NCBI GenBank assembly: GCA_040776905.1
Contig: JAXGZQ010000001.1
Coordinates: 1,372,400 to 1,436,399 of the forward strand
From: Clostridia bacterium
GTDB lineage: Bacteria; Bacillota; Clostridia; Saccharofermentanales; UBA5734
Direction of reading: 5' to 3'
Length of the DNA: 64,000 nt
The notes beneath the pieces are model-generated. The model was not told where the DNA came from, searched no databases, and was given only the letters and a program-made list of their open reading frames with translations. Every line of letters starts with the position of its first letter. The first letter of the stretch is position 1. The position numbers and the translations under genes were made by a program. Below, in pieces: positions 38,193-48,857 of the stretch.

Positions 38193-38275
38193 AAGAAGCG
38201 GTTGCGATCTGACGGCATCCAGCGGTTTCCTCGCGACTATGTGAAATTAACAAAACAAAAACTTGCATATTTTGT

Positions 38276-38305
38276 TTGACAGCGGTTTTGGCGTCATTAT
38301 ATAAT
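38276..38305 (+). promoter_or_regulatory. sigma-70/sigA-type promoter of purA-guaA
   Basis: TTGACA (38276-38281), 18 nt, then TATAAT (38300-38305). Confidence 0.7.
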
Positions 38306-38328
38306 ATTGGCGAAAATCGACGCGGCCA

Positions 38329-38363
38329 AACGTTCCTGACGCGTGCCGGCAGGGACGTTTTTT
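38329..38363 (+). terminator. intrinsic terminator-like hairpin inside the purA leader (possible attenuator)
   Basis: AACGTTCCTG / CAGGGACGTT stem with one G-U pair, an 11-nt loop, then TTTTTT. It sits 25 nt before the purA ATG and downstream of the promoter. Confidence 0.6.
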
Positions 38364-38388
38364 CATTTCAAAAATGAGGAGGAACCTT

Positions 38389-39681
38389 ATGGTTAAAGCC
38401 ATTGTCGGAGCGAACTGGGGCGATGAGGGAAAAGGGAAAATCACAGATCTGATGGCGGAATCATCGGATGTCGTGGTTCGCTTTCAGGGCGGCGCGAATG
38501 CCGGCCATACCATCATCAACCACTATGGAAAATTTGCCCTGCATCTGCTGCCGTCCGGAGTTTTTCATCCGCAGATCACCAATATCATCGGCAACGGCGT
38601 CGCACTGAATATTCCGTCATTGCTGCGGGAAATCGACGGGCTGAAACAGGCAGGCGTTCCAGCGCCCCGGCTGCTCATTTCTGACCGGGCGCAGATCGTC
38701 ATGCCGTATCACATTCTCTTTGATCAATATGAAGAAGAGCGGTTGAGTGAGCGGCAGTTTGGTTCAACCAAATCGGGTATCGCGCCGTTTTATGCCGATA
38801 AATTTGCCAAAATCGGTTTTCAGGTCCAGGAGCTGTATGATGATGAGACCGTTTTGCGTGACAAGCTTGAGCAGGTGCTCGAGGTCAAGAATATCCTGAT
38901 TGAGCATCTGTATCATCAACCGCTGCTTATGGCCGACACGCTGCTGGCCCAGCTGCTGGACTGGCGCGAACAGATCCGGCCGTATGTCGCGGATACCGCG
39001 GCCTGGCTGAGGCAGGCACTGGAGGACGGCAAGGCCATTCTGCTCGAAGGGCAGCTGGGAGCGCTGAAAGATCCCGACTTCGGTATCTATCCCTATACAA
39101 CGTCATCCTCGACCCTAGCCGGGTTCGGGGCGGTCGGTGCCGGATTGCCGCCCTATGTTATTTCTGATATTGTAACAGTAACAAAAGCCTATTCCAGCGC
39201 GGTCGGCAGCGGCCCGTTCGTCAGTGAGATCTTTGGTGACACGGCAGATGAACTGCGGCGCCGCGGAGGGGATGCCGGCGAGTACGGCGCGACGACTGGA
39301 CGGCCGAGGCGTATGGGCTGGTTTGATCTGGTGGCGACCCGTTATGGCTGCCAGCGGCAGGGAGCGACTTCAGTGGTTCTGACCGCGATTGATGTGCTCA
39401 GCTATCTCGATGAGATTCCGGTCTGTGTCGGATATGAGATCGACGGAACCATCAGCACGGAGTTTCCTGCCGGACGCAGACTCGACCAGGCGAAGCCGGT
39501 GCTCAACGTTCTGCCGGGCTGGAAATGTGACATCCGCGGAATCAGAGACTATGATCAGTTGCCAGCCAATGCCCGGGCCTATGTGGAATTCATTGAAAAG
39601 GGAATTGGCGTTCCGATCCGAATCGTCTCCAACGGCCCGCGCCGTGAGGAGATCATTGAGCGAGAAGGAGCAGCCCTATGA
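38389..39681 (+). CDS. purA: adenylosuccinate synthase
   Basis: [17 protein letters not shown]-loop, GGANAGHT, and [12 protein letters not shown] aggagg. Confidence 0.95.
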   Translation: MVKAIVGANWGDEGKGKITDLMAESSDVVVRFQGGANAGHTIINHYGKFALHLLPSGVFHPQITNIIGNGVALNIPSLLREIDGLKQAGVPAPRLLISDRAQIVMPYHILFDQYEEERLSERQFGSTKSGIAPFYADKFAKIGFQVQELYDDETVLRDKLEQVLEVKNILIEHLYHQPLLMADTLLAQLLDWREQIRPYVADTAAWLRQALEDGKAILLEGQLGALKDPDFGIYPYTTSSSTLAGFGAVGAGLPPYVISDIVTVTKAYSSAVGSGPFVSEIFGDTADELRRRGGDAGEYGATTGRPRRMGWFDLVATRYGCQRQGATSVVLTAIDVLSYLDEIPVCVGYEIDGTISTEFPAGRRLDQAKPVLNVLPGWKCDIRGIRDYDQLPANARAYVEFIEKGIGVPIRIVSNGPRREEIIEREGAAL

Positions 39682-41213
39682 AACATCAGGCGATTCTGAT
39701 CCTTGACTTCGGCGGCCAGTACAATCAGTTGATTGCCCGCCGGGTGCGTGAAAACAGTGTTTTTTGTGAAGTCCTTCCGTATACCACCAGCCTTGAAACC
39801 ATTCGTGAACGCGGCTATGCCGGCATTATCCTGACCGGCGGCCCCAATAGTGTCAACATCCCGTCAGCGCCACGCTATGACGCCGCGCTGTTTGATCTGG
39901 GCATTCCGATTCTCGGTATCTGCTACGGCGCGCAGCTGATGGCGGCAACCCTGGGCGGCCGTGTTGAGTCGATGCAAAAACGCGAGTACGGCCGGGTACC
40001 GGTTGAAGTGGTCAGAAAGAGTCTGTTTTTCAGCAGCATCGAGCATAAAACGATCTGCTGGATGAGCCATACAGATCAAATCACCACGATGCCCGACGGT
40101 TTTCATGTCAGCGCGAAATCAGAGAATTGCCCGATCGCGGCGATGGAAGATCCGGAGCGCCGGTTCTATGCCGTCCAGTTTCATCCGGAGGTTCAGCATA
40201 CCCCGCTCGGCAGCCTGATGCTGACGAATTTTCTGTTTGGGATCTGCGGCTGCAGCGGTGACTGGAAAATGGATGCCTTCGTAGAGGAATCGATCGCGAA
40301 AATCCGCCAGCAGGTCAGCGACCGCAAAGTTGTCTGCGCGCTGTCCGGCGGCGTTGATTCTTCTGTCGCGGCGGTGATGGTCCACCAGGCGATCGGTGAT
40401 CGCCTGATCTGCATCTTCGTCGACCATGGCCTGCTGCGTAAAGATGAAGGTGATCTGGTGGAAAAGGTGTTCCGCGAGCAGTTCTCGATGAACCTGATCC
40501 GCGTCAACGCACAGCAGCGATTTCTTGACCGCCTGGCCGGCGTGACCGATCCGGAGACCAAACGGAAGATCATCGGTGAGGAATTCATCCGGGTTTTTGA
40601 AGAGGAAGCGAAGAAAATCGGCGAGGTTGATTTTCTCGTCCAGGGCACCATCTATCCTGATGTGATCGAAAGCGGTCTCGGTGACGCGGCGGTGATCAAA
40701 AGCCATCATAATGTCGGCGGCCTGCCCGATACCGTTGATTTCGTCGCGATTCTTGAGCCGCTGCGTGATCTTTTCAAGGATGAAGTACGCAAGGCCGGTC
40801 TGGAAATGGGAATTCCCGGCCGCCTGGTCTGGCGGCAGCCGTTCCCGGGCCCGGGTCTGGCCATTCGGGTGATCGGCGAGATCACTGAAGAGAAACTGGA
40901 GATTCTGCGGGAAGCAGACGCGATTTTCCGGGAGGAAGTGGATCAGGCCGGCCTGAATCAGGAAGTCAGCCAGTATTTCGCGGTGCTGACCGGGATCCGT
41001 TCTGTCGGTGTGATGGGTGACGAACGCACCTATGACCACACCATTGCCCTGCGCGCGGTGACGACGACTGATTTCATGACGGCCGACTGGGCGCAGATTC
41101 CACATGATGTGCTGAGCCGTGTCTCCAACCGGATTGTCAATGAAGTACGGCATGTCAACCGGATTGTCTATGATATTACCAGCAAGCCGCCGGCGACGAT
41201 TGAATGGGAGTAA
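39678..41213 (+). CDS. guaA: GMP synthase (glutamine-hydrolysing), full length
   Basis: GATase triad: GICYG (Cys82, 39921-39923) and FHPEV (His169/Glu171). PP-loop SGGVDSS. C-terminal IEWE. ATGA overlap with purA. Confidence 0.95.
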   Translation: MKHQAILILDFGGQYNQLIARRVRENSVFCEVLPYTTSLETIRERGYAGIILTGGPNSVNIPSAPRYDAALFDLGIPILGICYGAQLMAATLGGRVESMQKREYGRVPVEVVRKSLFFSSIEHKTICWMSHTDQITTMPDGFHVSAKSENCPIAAMEDPERRFYAVQFHPEVQHTPLGSLMLTNFLFGICGCSGDWKMDAFVEESIAKIRQQVSDRKVVCALSGGVDSSVAAVMVHQAIGDRLICIFVDHGLLRKDEGDLVEKVFREQFSMNLIRVNAQQRFLDRLAGVTDPETKRKIIGEEFIRVFEEEAKKIGEVDFLVQGTIYPDVIESGLGDAAVIKSHHNVGGLPDTVDFVAILEPLRDLFKDEVRKAGLEMGIPGRLVWRQPFPGPGLAIRVIGEITEEKLEILREADAIFREEVDQAGLNQEVSQYFAVLTGIRSVGVMGDERTYDHTIALRAVTTTDFMTADWAQIPHDVLSRVSNRIVNEVRHVNRIVYDITSKPPATIEWE

Positions 41214-41483
41214 CCTGACGTCAGGACTCCTTCGCTGTCCTCGGCGCGATGCGCCTGCGAGATGCTCATGCGCCTGACGCCAGGCTACTGAGCAGGATGT
41301 TCTGGGTGTGTGCGAGTAAACGACTTGTGATGTTCGCGAGATGGTCGTGAAAACAACAACAACCATCTGCAGTGCGGTAAGCCAATGAGAGCAGGATGTT
41401 CGATGCGCCTGATGTGAAGTGGCGCGGAATGGTTGTTCAGTGATTAGCGAGGAGCCGGAGAGGGTTGACTGGGTGAATCCATA

Positions 41484-42272
41484 ATGAAAAGTGTCGTGAT
41501 AACCGGCAGTACACGGGGGATCGGCCTGGCCATGGCTGTGGAGTTTTTGCGGGCGGGATGCCAGGTGACGCTGTCCGGCCGGGGTGAGACACTGCCGGAA
41601 GAGGCTGCCGCGCAGCTGGCCGATTACCAGACGCGATATTTCTATGTCCAATGCGATGTCCGGTACAAAGAAAGTCTGCAAAATCTGTGGGACATGGCCG
41701 TGGCCAGATGGCAGCGGATTGATCTGTGGATCAATAACGCCGGGCAGAACGCGCCATATGCCTGTGTCTGGGATACGGACGAAATGATGACCGGGCAGGT
41801 GATCAGCACCAATCTGACCGGGATGATCTACGGATCGCAGGTCGCGGCCGCGGCAATGATCAAGCAGGGATACGGCGCGATCTACAGCATGGAGGGTCTG
41901 GGTTCCAACAACATGATCCAACTCAAGATAGTGCTGTACGGCACGACGAAACATGCCCTGACTTATTTCATGAGAGGCCTGGCCAGAGAACTTGAGGGAA
42001 GCGGCGTCATCGCCGGTCGCCTGTCACCTGGCATGATGCTGACCGACTTCATCACCCGGTCGCCGGACGGTCGCCCGTCTGAGGTGGTCTCGGACCGGAA
42101 ATTCAAAAAAGTCTTCAATATCCTGGCCGATCGGTCTGAGACGGTCGCGGCTTTCTTCATTCCCCGGATCCTGCGCAATACGAAAAACGATCACCAGATC
42201 ATCTGGCTGACAAAATCCAAAGCCGCCTGGCGGTTCATGACCGCCAGGCGACGCAGGGACCGACTGATCTGA
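41484..42272 (+). CDS. SDR family oxidoreductase
   Basis: ITGSTRGIG, NNAG, and YGTTK (the YxxxK motif). Confidence 0.85.
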   Translation: MKSVVITGSTRGIGLAMAVEFLRAGCQVTLSGRGETLPEEAAAQLADYQTRYFYVQCDVRYKESLQNLWDMAVARWQRIDLWINNAGQNAPYACVWDTDEMMTGQVISTNLTGMIYGSQVAAAAMIKQGYGAIYSMEGLGSNNMIQLKIVLYGTTKHALTYFMRGLARELEGSGVIAGRLSPGMMLTDFITRSPDGRPSEVVSDRKFKKVFNILADRSETVAAFFIPRILRNTKNDHQIIWLTKSKAAWRFMTARRRRDRLI

Positions 42273-42305
42273 CCGGCAGGGATCTCTCTATGCCGTCAGA
42301 TTTCT

Positions 42306-45113
42306 TCAGTTTATTCCACAGCGGAAAATGAGCAGTTCATTGGGTTTGACCTCGAATGTGATGCGGCCGTCTTTTTTCTCCAAGCGAAGGTCCGCGTCCC
42401 TTTCCAGTATATCGACGGCCCGGATCTGATCCAGATCCTTGACCGACAGCCAGGCCTGCCCGGCTTTGCCGTCCGCTTCATAAACATGGAGCACCAGATC
42501 CTGTCCGTCTTCCGACCGTTTCATGCCCGACAGCACCAGATTGCGGCTCAGTTCAAGGAATGAGCGGCGCAGTGGCAGTGATCCCGGGTGGGATGTGTTG
42601 GTGATGTGCTGCAGCGGATATCTGAACTGGTGATCCATCTGATGGTATTGGTCCGTGTGGCATAGACCGACCCCGATGCGATATTCATGCCGGCCGTCTT
42701 CCGGATGCCGGTCCGGATCCTGTGAGGCACGCAGCAAGGTCAGTTTCAAAGCATTGTCTTCGCCGCGATAGGCATAGACACTGTCCGCCAGCAGGATGAG
42801 TGACTGGTCCGCCACCGGATTGAAGGCTGCTCCCAGGCCGAGTGCCGGCACATCGTGCTCACAGGCCGGGCGCTGAATGATGCCGCAGGCGATCTTATAA
42901 TCATAGGCTTCAGCGGCGAAGGCAAAGGGCAGGTTGAATTTCAGGGCGGGAATCCCCTCGTCAGCAGAAAAGGTCTCATGCCAGTCGACATCCACGCGAT
43001 ATTGCATGACCTGTCTGCCGGCATCGAGCGAGACACTGACCGTAATTTTGGAGCGGCGATATGCCAGATCAAAGCTGATGCTGTCCTGAATGCCGCCCTG
43101 CTGGCGGATATCAGTGACATAGACCGGACAGGAGAGGTTGAGATTCTCTTCCTTCAGCGGGTAGCCCTCGACCCAGGCATTGCCCGGCATCAAGGTGGTC
43201 ATCCGATGATTTTGCCAGACCAGACTGAAATAGCCGCTTGCGCCGTTGATCTGCTCGATGTTCTTTTCCTTATCAAAGAGGGAGATCAGCTGCATATTGC
43301 GGTCGAACCGCACGCGGACCCGTTCGTTTTCCAGTTGATAATCCTTGTAGTGTTCAACCAGCGGCTGATCCGGGAATTTATTGAATGGCAGAAAAGTGCT
43401 TTCGCCTTCCGCGAGAACCAGCGTGATATAGCCGAAAGCCGGCACATCAACCAGGGCCCTGATCTGGATGCTTTCATGGGCCCAGAAATGTCCGCCTCCA
43501 GCACCCAGCTCAAACGGGACCGCCTGACCGCGGTCGTCACGGATGGTCAGACGGTCGATCTGTCCCGGCCAGTCCCAGAGGGGAAATTCATAAACTTCCC
43601 GCCGGTCATGGGCGGTTGGATTGAAGAGATGCATGATGCGGGTTTTGCCGCAGCCGCTGTCACTGCTTTGTGTTTCCAGGCCGCGGACCAGCGAACTGTT
43701 GGTCTGCGCGATGCCTTTGTAGCCCATGCCGGCACCGTCCGTAAAGGATTCCCGGTCACAGTCGGTGGCGATCGACGATGTGTCGATCACGGACGCGAGA
43801 TGGGTCAGTGCCCGGGAGCGGCCGGCATAGGTATAGGCGAGTGTTTTCGCCAGTTCGCCCAGGGCATGCTCCCGTGTCTCCCGGATGCCGGAACCGGGCA
43901 GGATGTCATGGAACTGGTTGAACAGTGTTTTGCGCCAGGCATCGCGATACGCTTCCGTATATGGCGCGCCTGCGGCAAAGGCCACATCGATGGCTGAAAG
44001 GTACTCCGCGGTGTACAGGCTGTCTTCCGCCAGCCGATTGGCCATCTTGATTCTCGATTCCGAACTGTAGCAGCCTGTGAAGATATAATTGAGTTCACCT
44101 TCCACGGTCGGGAAATGGGAGCGCCGGTCCTCAAGGTAGCGGAAGTAATCGTGATAGGTTGAGAACTCGATGGACGCGTAGCAGGGCCAGGTCTGCATGT
44201 CGAGCAGACGTTCGATATCCCGGCGGGTCGGACCGCCGCCGTGATCGCCGACGCCGTAGACGCGCAGCACACGGTCGATCTGGTTCTTTTCACAGAAGGA
44301 CGGCGCGAAGTCAGCATAATCGAATTCAATCTGCGTGTTGTACCAGTCGGGTTCGCGATGCACCAGCAGCGTCGCGCCGGAGGAACCGCGCCAGTTATAG
44401 ATATGGTCGCTGTCAGCGCCGCGGCAATGGAAATAGTATTTGACATTGCCTTTGGCGAGAATCTCCGGTACCGAGGCGTTATGACCGAAGGTATCCGGCT
44501 CATAATCAAGCAGCAGCTGATCGTCCGGCAGATTGAAGGTCTCCCTGAAATACTGTTTGGTATAGAGGATATGGCGGATCTGGCTTTCGGCGCTGGTCAT
44601 GTTTTTATCCGCCTCAACCCAGGTTGACGCGGTCACTTCCCAGCGGCCTTCGCGCACCTTCTGCCGGATTTGCTCAAACATCTGCGGGTCGTACTGCTCG
44701 ACGATCCGGTAGGTGGACGCCTGGGACTGCGAGAAGGTGATGGCCGGATACGCGTCCATCAGACGCAGCACCGAACGGAAGGTATCCAGGGTGATCGCCA
44801 CGGTCTCATTGAATCCCCACATCCAGTTCATATCAATATGCGCGTGCGCGACACAGGCTAGCGTATAGGACTTGGCTTCGGCGGAGAGCACTTCCAGCTC
44901 AGTTTCGCAGGCTTTCGCGGCCTGATCGGTAATCACACCGTGTTCCTGCCGATCGGACAAAAGGGAAGCGGCGAGCCGCGAGACCAATTCATCATGAATC
45001 CCGTTTTTTACCTCAGACAGCCGATAGGCATAGCGCAGCTGGGCGACGGTTCGTTTCGCCTGATAGCTTTGCGCGGCGTCCTGAAGTGTTTTCAGCTGAT
45101 CAATCACATTCAT
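42306..45113 (-). CDS. GH38 alpha-mannosidase
   Basis: HAHIDMNWMW, GHNAS, VYGVGDHGGGP. Start reset to ATG 45113 (RBS aaggaagag). Confidence 0.9.
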   Translation of the reverse strand: MNVIDQLKTLQDAAQSYQAKRTVAQLRYAYRLSEVKNGIHDELVSRLAASLLSDRQEHGVITDQAAKACETELEVLSAEAKSYTLACVAHAHIDMNWMWGFNETVAITLDTFRSVLRLMDAYPAITFSQSQASTYRIVEQYDPQMFEQIRQKVREGRWEVTASTWVEADKNMTSAESQIRHILYTKQYFRETFNLPDDQLLLDYEPDTFGHNASVPEILAKGNVKYYFHCRGADSDHIYNWRGSSGATLLVHREPDWYNTQIEFDYADFAPSFCEKNQIDRVLRVYGVGDHGGGPTRRDIERLLDMQTWPCYASIEFSTYHDYFRYLEDRRSHFPTVEGELNYIFTGCYSSESRIKMANRLAEDSLYTAEYLSAIDVAFAAGAPYTEAYRDAWRKTLFNQFHDILPGSGIRETREHALGELAKTLAYTYAGRSRALTHLASVIDTSSIATDCDRESFTDGAGMGYKGIAQTNSSLVRGLETQSSDSGCGKTRIMHLFNPTAHDRREVYEFPLWDWPGQIDRLTIRDDRGQAVPFELGAGGGHFWAHESIQIRALVDVPAFGYITLVLAEGESTFLPFNKFPDQPLVEHYKDYQLENERVRVRFDRNMQLISLFDKEKNIEQINGASGYFSLVWQNHRMTTLMPGNAWVEGYPLKEENLNLSCPVYVTDIRQQGGIQDSISFDLAYRRSKITVSVSLDAGRQVMQYRVDVDWHETFSADEGIPALKFNLPFAFAAEAYDYKIACGIIQRPACEHDVPALGLGAAFNPVADQSLILLADSVYAYRGEDNALKLTLLRASQDPDRHPEDGRHEYRIGVGLCHTDQYHQMDHQFRYPLQHITNTSHPGSLPLRRSFLELSRNLVLSGMKRSEDGQDLVLHVYEADGKAGQAWLSVKDLDQIRAVDILERDADLRLEKKDGRITFEVKPNELLIFRCGIN

Positions 45114-45376
45114 CGTCTTCTCTTCCTTGTCTTTCCTGCGCTTCATCAATGTGAAGTGCTGCCAATAACCGCTTATCTCCATCGGTTTCCGGGAAACTGT
45201 TCTGCCTCTATATTAACCCAATCGGAACGAGAAAACCGCTGATTTGCCGGAAATTGACGGATGAGCGAAGCCGGTCTGCCGGCTTGACCGGCCGGATGCG
45301 CAGGCTTATAGTCAAAATAGACTGACCGGCTTTGAGCGCTTCGGTGAAACCCCGATCGTATGAGCGAGGTAAACAG

Positions 45377-46357
45377 ATGAAAATGACGCATAAAGAACGT
45401 GCCGTGGCCGCCTTGAAACGCCGGCAGCCCGATTTTGTCCCCACCTTTGAATTGGAATTTCAACTGGAAGAAGAGATGTTCGGCCGCAAGTTCATCACCG
45501 ATGAACTGCTGCCGGCGAGGCTGACCGTGATGGGCGAGATGGAAAAATGGCGCGCGATCGATGGACTGGCCGATTATATGGTCCGGGTCTATGACGCGCT
45601 GGAGTACTCGATTATTCCCGGCCTGGTTCTGGGCGACGCGGCCGATTTCTGGAACGGCCAGCCGCTGCCCCAGGAAACGAAATGGCTGATCAGCGCGCTG
45701 AGGGAGCGGGTCGGCGACACGCAGATGATTCACTATCACGGCGACGGGACTTTCGCGATTCCGGATGGTGCCGGGATCATGGAGTTTGCCTACGGCATCG
45801 CTGACGATCCGGACGGCATGAAAGAGAAAGCTGAAAACATGGCCAATGCGGCAATCGAGCGCAACAAATATCTGGCTGAATCCGGTGTGGACTGCCTGAT
45901 TCTCTGTTCGGACTACTGCTTCAACTCGGGGCCGTTTGTCTCGCCGGCCATGTTCGCGGAATACATTCAGCCTTATCTGGCCCGGATCATTGAAGCCGCG
46001 CGCAGCGAAGGCCTCTATACCATCAAGCATACCGACGGCAATATTATGCCGATTCTCGATCAGCTGGTTGACTGCCATCCGCATGCGCTGCATTCACTCG
46101 ATCCGATGGCCGGTGTTGATATCAGGGACGTCAAGCAGAAGGTTGGCGATCAGGTCTGCCTCTGCGGCAATGTCGACTGCTCTTTGATGCAGACCGGAAC
46201 GGAAGAACAGGTGATCGAAAGCGCACGCTACTGTCTGACGCATGGCAAACCGGGCGGCGGCTACTTTTTCGCGACGAGCAATGTGCCGTTCAAAGGCCTG
46301 CCGCCTGAGCGCTACCAGCTGATCCTCGATGTCTGGAAGCAGATGCGCGACTATTAA
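45377..46357 (+). CDS. uroporphyrinogen decarboxylase (URO-D/MtaA-like) family protein
   Basis: KHTDGNIMPILDQLVD..ALHSLDPMAGVD, LCGNVD, and GGGYFFATSN are typical of the URO-D/MtaA TIM-barrel family. Confidence 0.75.
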   Translation: MKMTHKERAVAALKRRQPDFVPTFELEFQLEEEMFGRKFITDELLPARLTVMGEMEKWRAIDGLADYMVRVYDALEYSIIPGLVLGDAADFWNGQPLPQETKWLISALRERVGDTQMIHYHGDGTFAIPDGAGIMEFAYGIADDPDGMKEKAENMANAAIERNKYLAESGVDCLILCSDYCFNSGPFVSPAMFAEYIQPYLARIIEAARSEGLYTIKHTDGNIMPILDQLVDCHPHALHSLDPMAGVDIRDVKQKVGDQVCLCGNVDCSLMQTGTEEQVIESARYCLTHGKPGGGYFFATSNVPFKGLPPERYQLILDVWKQMRDY

Positions 46358-46393
46358 GCGCGGCGGAGCGCGGACCATCAGGAGGTCAACCCG

Positions 46394-47626
46394 ATGATCA
46401 GGCAACACGACAAGCAGATCCTGCGAAGGCTGGCGTCCGAGATCGCTGAAATCGCGGCACTGCCGGTTCAGGAAGAAAAACGAATGCTCTGGACGCAGCT
46501 GAACCGCCTGAAGATAAAACGGCCGATGGTTGAGATTGATCAGGTCTGCTGGCATGAGATGCCGGAAGACGAGCTGGCACTGCGCTGTGAAGACACAATG
46601 GGCCGGCTGTATGAGCAGACCTTCCGCCGCGTCCTCTACCAGTGGCGCCATTTTCCCGTTGACCGGGTGGTGGATCCGTTCGTCCGCGTCCCGATGGCGA
46701 TCAGCAACAGTGGCTTCGGTATTGAAACGCAGGAGACTATCGCGCTGACGGATGCGGCCAATGATGTGGTCAGCCATGCCTTTGTCAACCAGTTTGAACG
46801 GGATGAGGATCTGGAGAAGATCCGCCTGCCGGTGATCCGCCATGACGCGGCGGAGAGCGAGCGGCGGATGGCCCAGGCGCATGAGCTGTTCGACGGACTC
46901 ATTGAGGTGCGGGCTCAGGGCATGGACCCCTACCTGTCCGTCTGGGATCCGATCAGCATGTGGATGGGCGTTGAGAATGTCCTCTACGCATTGGTCGACC
47001 GTCCAGAATTCATGCTCGCGATGGCCCGGCGTATGGTCAGCGGCTACATGGCGATGCTGGATCAGCTTGAGGAGCAGGGGCTTCTCACCGGTCCGCAATC
47101 CCTGATCCACTGCACCGGCGCATTCACCGATGAATTGCCGGCGGAAGGCTTCCAGCCGGAAAAATCACGCACGAAAGACATCTGGATGTTCGGCTTGGCC
47201 CAGATGTTTTCCACCGTCTCGCCGGATATGTTTGATGAATATGAGATCGACGTCTGCATGCCCCTGTTTCAGCGCTTCGGTCTCGTTTATTACGGCTGCT
47301 GCGATCCGCTCGACCGTAAGATGGAACAAGTGATGAAGATTCCGAATGTGCGGAAAATATCGGTCAGTCCCTGGGCGGATGAAGCGCGCAGCGCGGAGCA
47401 GATCGGTGCCCGGTATGTCTATTCGAGAAAGCCGAACCCGGCTCTGCTGGCCGATTTCTCATTCGATGACCAGCAGATCCGCTGCCATCTGGAAACCTCG
47501 ATTCGCGTCTGCAGAGAATCCGGCAGTCCGCTGGAGCTGATTCTCAAGGATATCAGCACCGTGAAATATGAGCCCTCACGGCTCGACCGCTGGGCCGGGA
47601 TCGCGATGGACCTGGTTCAGTCATAA
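46394..47626 (+). CDS. URO-D-like TIM-barrel protein (distant), function unknown
   Basis: 410 aa with VYYGCCDPLDRKMEQVMKIPNVRKISVSPW. Resemblance to URO-D is by pattern only. Confidence 0.5.
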   Translation: MIRQHDKQILRRLASEIAEIAALPVQEEKRMLWTQLNRLKIKRPMVEIDQVCWHEMPEDELALRCEDTMGRLYEQTFRRVLYQWRHFPVDRVVDPFVRVPMAISNSGFGIETQETIALTDAANDVVSHAFVNQFERDEDLEKIRLPVIRHDAAESERRMAQAHELFDGLIEVRAQGMDPYLSVWDPISMWMGVENVLYALVDRPEFMLAMARRMVSGYMAMLDQLEEQGLLTGPQSLIHCTGAFTDELPAEGFQPEKSRTKDIWMFGLAQMFSTVSPDMFDEYEIDVCMPLFQRFGLVYYGCCDPLDRKMEQVMKIPNVRKISVSPWADEARSAEQIGARYVYSRKPNPALLADFSFDDQQIRCHLETSIRVCRESGSPLELILKDISTVKYEPSRLDRWAGIAMDLVQS

Positions 47627-48808
47627 ATAATCAAAAGGAAAGACGCCAAACCCGTCCCATAGACTGCCGCCGTCACGGATGAAGGCCAGGACACGGGTAT
47701 GAAATGAGGTTCGGGGCGCCAGCTGCTCCAGGGGGCAGGGCGGAACATCGAAGATGAACGAGTAGATCGCGTCCTTGTCCTGATTGGCCAGCGCGAGGGT
47801 GAACAGCGATTGAAAGGAAAGAATGTTCGAGTCGGCGGAAAGCAGCTGCGCCAGACCGGTATTCAGGAGCCAGCTGTGGCAGACAAACAGGCGAAACGAC
47901 AGATCGGGGAAATGCTGCCGGAAAAACGGGACGGCAGCATTAAGTGAATCCTGTACAGCTTGCGGATACAATTTACCATCACCCGGGATATGCAGATGAA
48001 TGATCGGATCGCCCGGCTGAACCGCCAATGACCATTCCGATAGATCCAGCGTGACCGGATCGGGATTGAAGGTACCATCTTCGTTGAAAGCGTTTCCCCT
48101 GACGAATGTTTCGGTTTTTGTATAAACCGGCTGATACACACCGTGCTCGGCCTGATGACCGGTTTCATCATAGGTCTGTTCCAGTTCGCCGGCCAGGAGC
48201 AGATGACGGCCGCTATGATGTCTGAAGACATGATAGGCCGAGTGGTAATCGCCGATTTCATAACTCAGGCGTCCGACCCGGAAAACGCGGCCGAGAAAGA
48301 CCGGCCACAGCCACCACATCTTCTCATTTAGCAGACCATACACACCGTGCCGGTCAAAATAGCGGCGGGTGTTTTCAATATAGTCGTTCAGGCAGGCCTG
48401 GCGATAAGCCGTTAGACCGTGCTCATGCAAAGCTTGTTCCAGACCGGCTGTGCCGGAGAAAATGACCAGGGCACGAAACAGCGACGCCTCCGATTCATCC
48501 AGCGAGGACGGAACCGGCCAGCGATCGTAGGCTTCCGCTGAGGCGTCTTTTTCGATAAAAAATACGGTATACCAGACACTGAACAGGCCGGATAAGACAG
48601 GGTCGCCGTCTATACGCCGGCGCATGGCATCCAGCTGGCGGATCTGCTCCGGCGGAAGCGGGTAAGCGCCGGCGGTCTGCCGCAGCTGCACGGCGGTCGG
48701 CAAGAGGTCCTGAAGTGGTCGTGATAAAGCGTTATCTGCATGACGGCTCCAGGATGCCGGTGGCTGTTCAATCCGGGTGATCTGCAGTAGTGACGGATAT
48801 GTGAGCAT
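47621..48808 (-). CDS. GNAT-like acyltransferase domain protein (NAT_N/GNAT_C, DUF5596-type)
   Basis: C-terminal HIPGDGKLYPQAVQDSLNAAVPFFRQHFPD...CHSWLLNTGLAQLLSADSNILSFQSLF matches my memory of the GNAT-like C-terminal domain. Start at 48808 (48820 possible). Confidence 0.55.
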   Translation of the reverse strand: MLTYPSLLQITRIEQPPASWSRHADNALSRPLQDLLPTAVQLRQTAGAYPLPPEQIRQLDAMRRRIDGDPVLSGLFSVWYTVFFIEKDASAEAYDRWPVPSSLDESEASLFRALVIFSGTAGLEQALHEHGLTAYRQACLNDYIENTRRYFDRHGVYGLLNEKMWWLWPVFLGRVFRVGRLSYEIGDYHSAYHVFRHHSGRHLLLAGELEQTYDETGHQAEHGVYQPVYTKTETFVRGNAFNEDGTFNPDPVTLDLSEWSLAVQPGDPIIHLHIPGDGKLYPQAVQDSLNAAVPFFRQHFPDLSFRLFVCHSWLLNTGLAQLLSADSNILSFQSLFTLALANQDKDAIYSFIFDVPPCPLEQLAPRTSFHTRVLAFIRDGGSLWDGFGVFPFDYL

Positions 48809-48857
48809 GACAGGCCTCATTTCTCTGGCAGATGATGGCCAGAATACAATTGAGCGG

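Noticed and set aside
38306-38388. Purine, PRPP, ZTP or ppGpp riboswitch in the purA leader.
   Set aside because: The leader is only ~75 nt and shows none of the conserved cores I can recall for these classes. Reported only as a terminator-containing leader.
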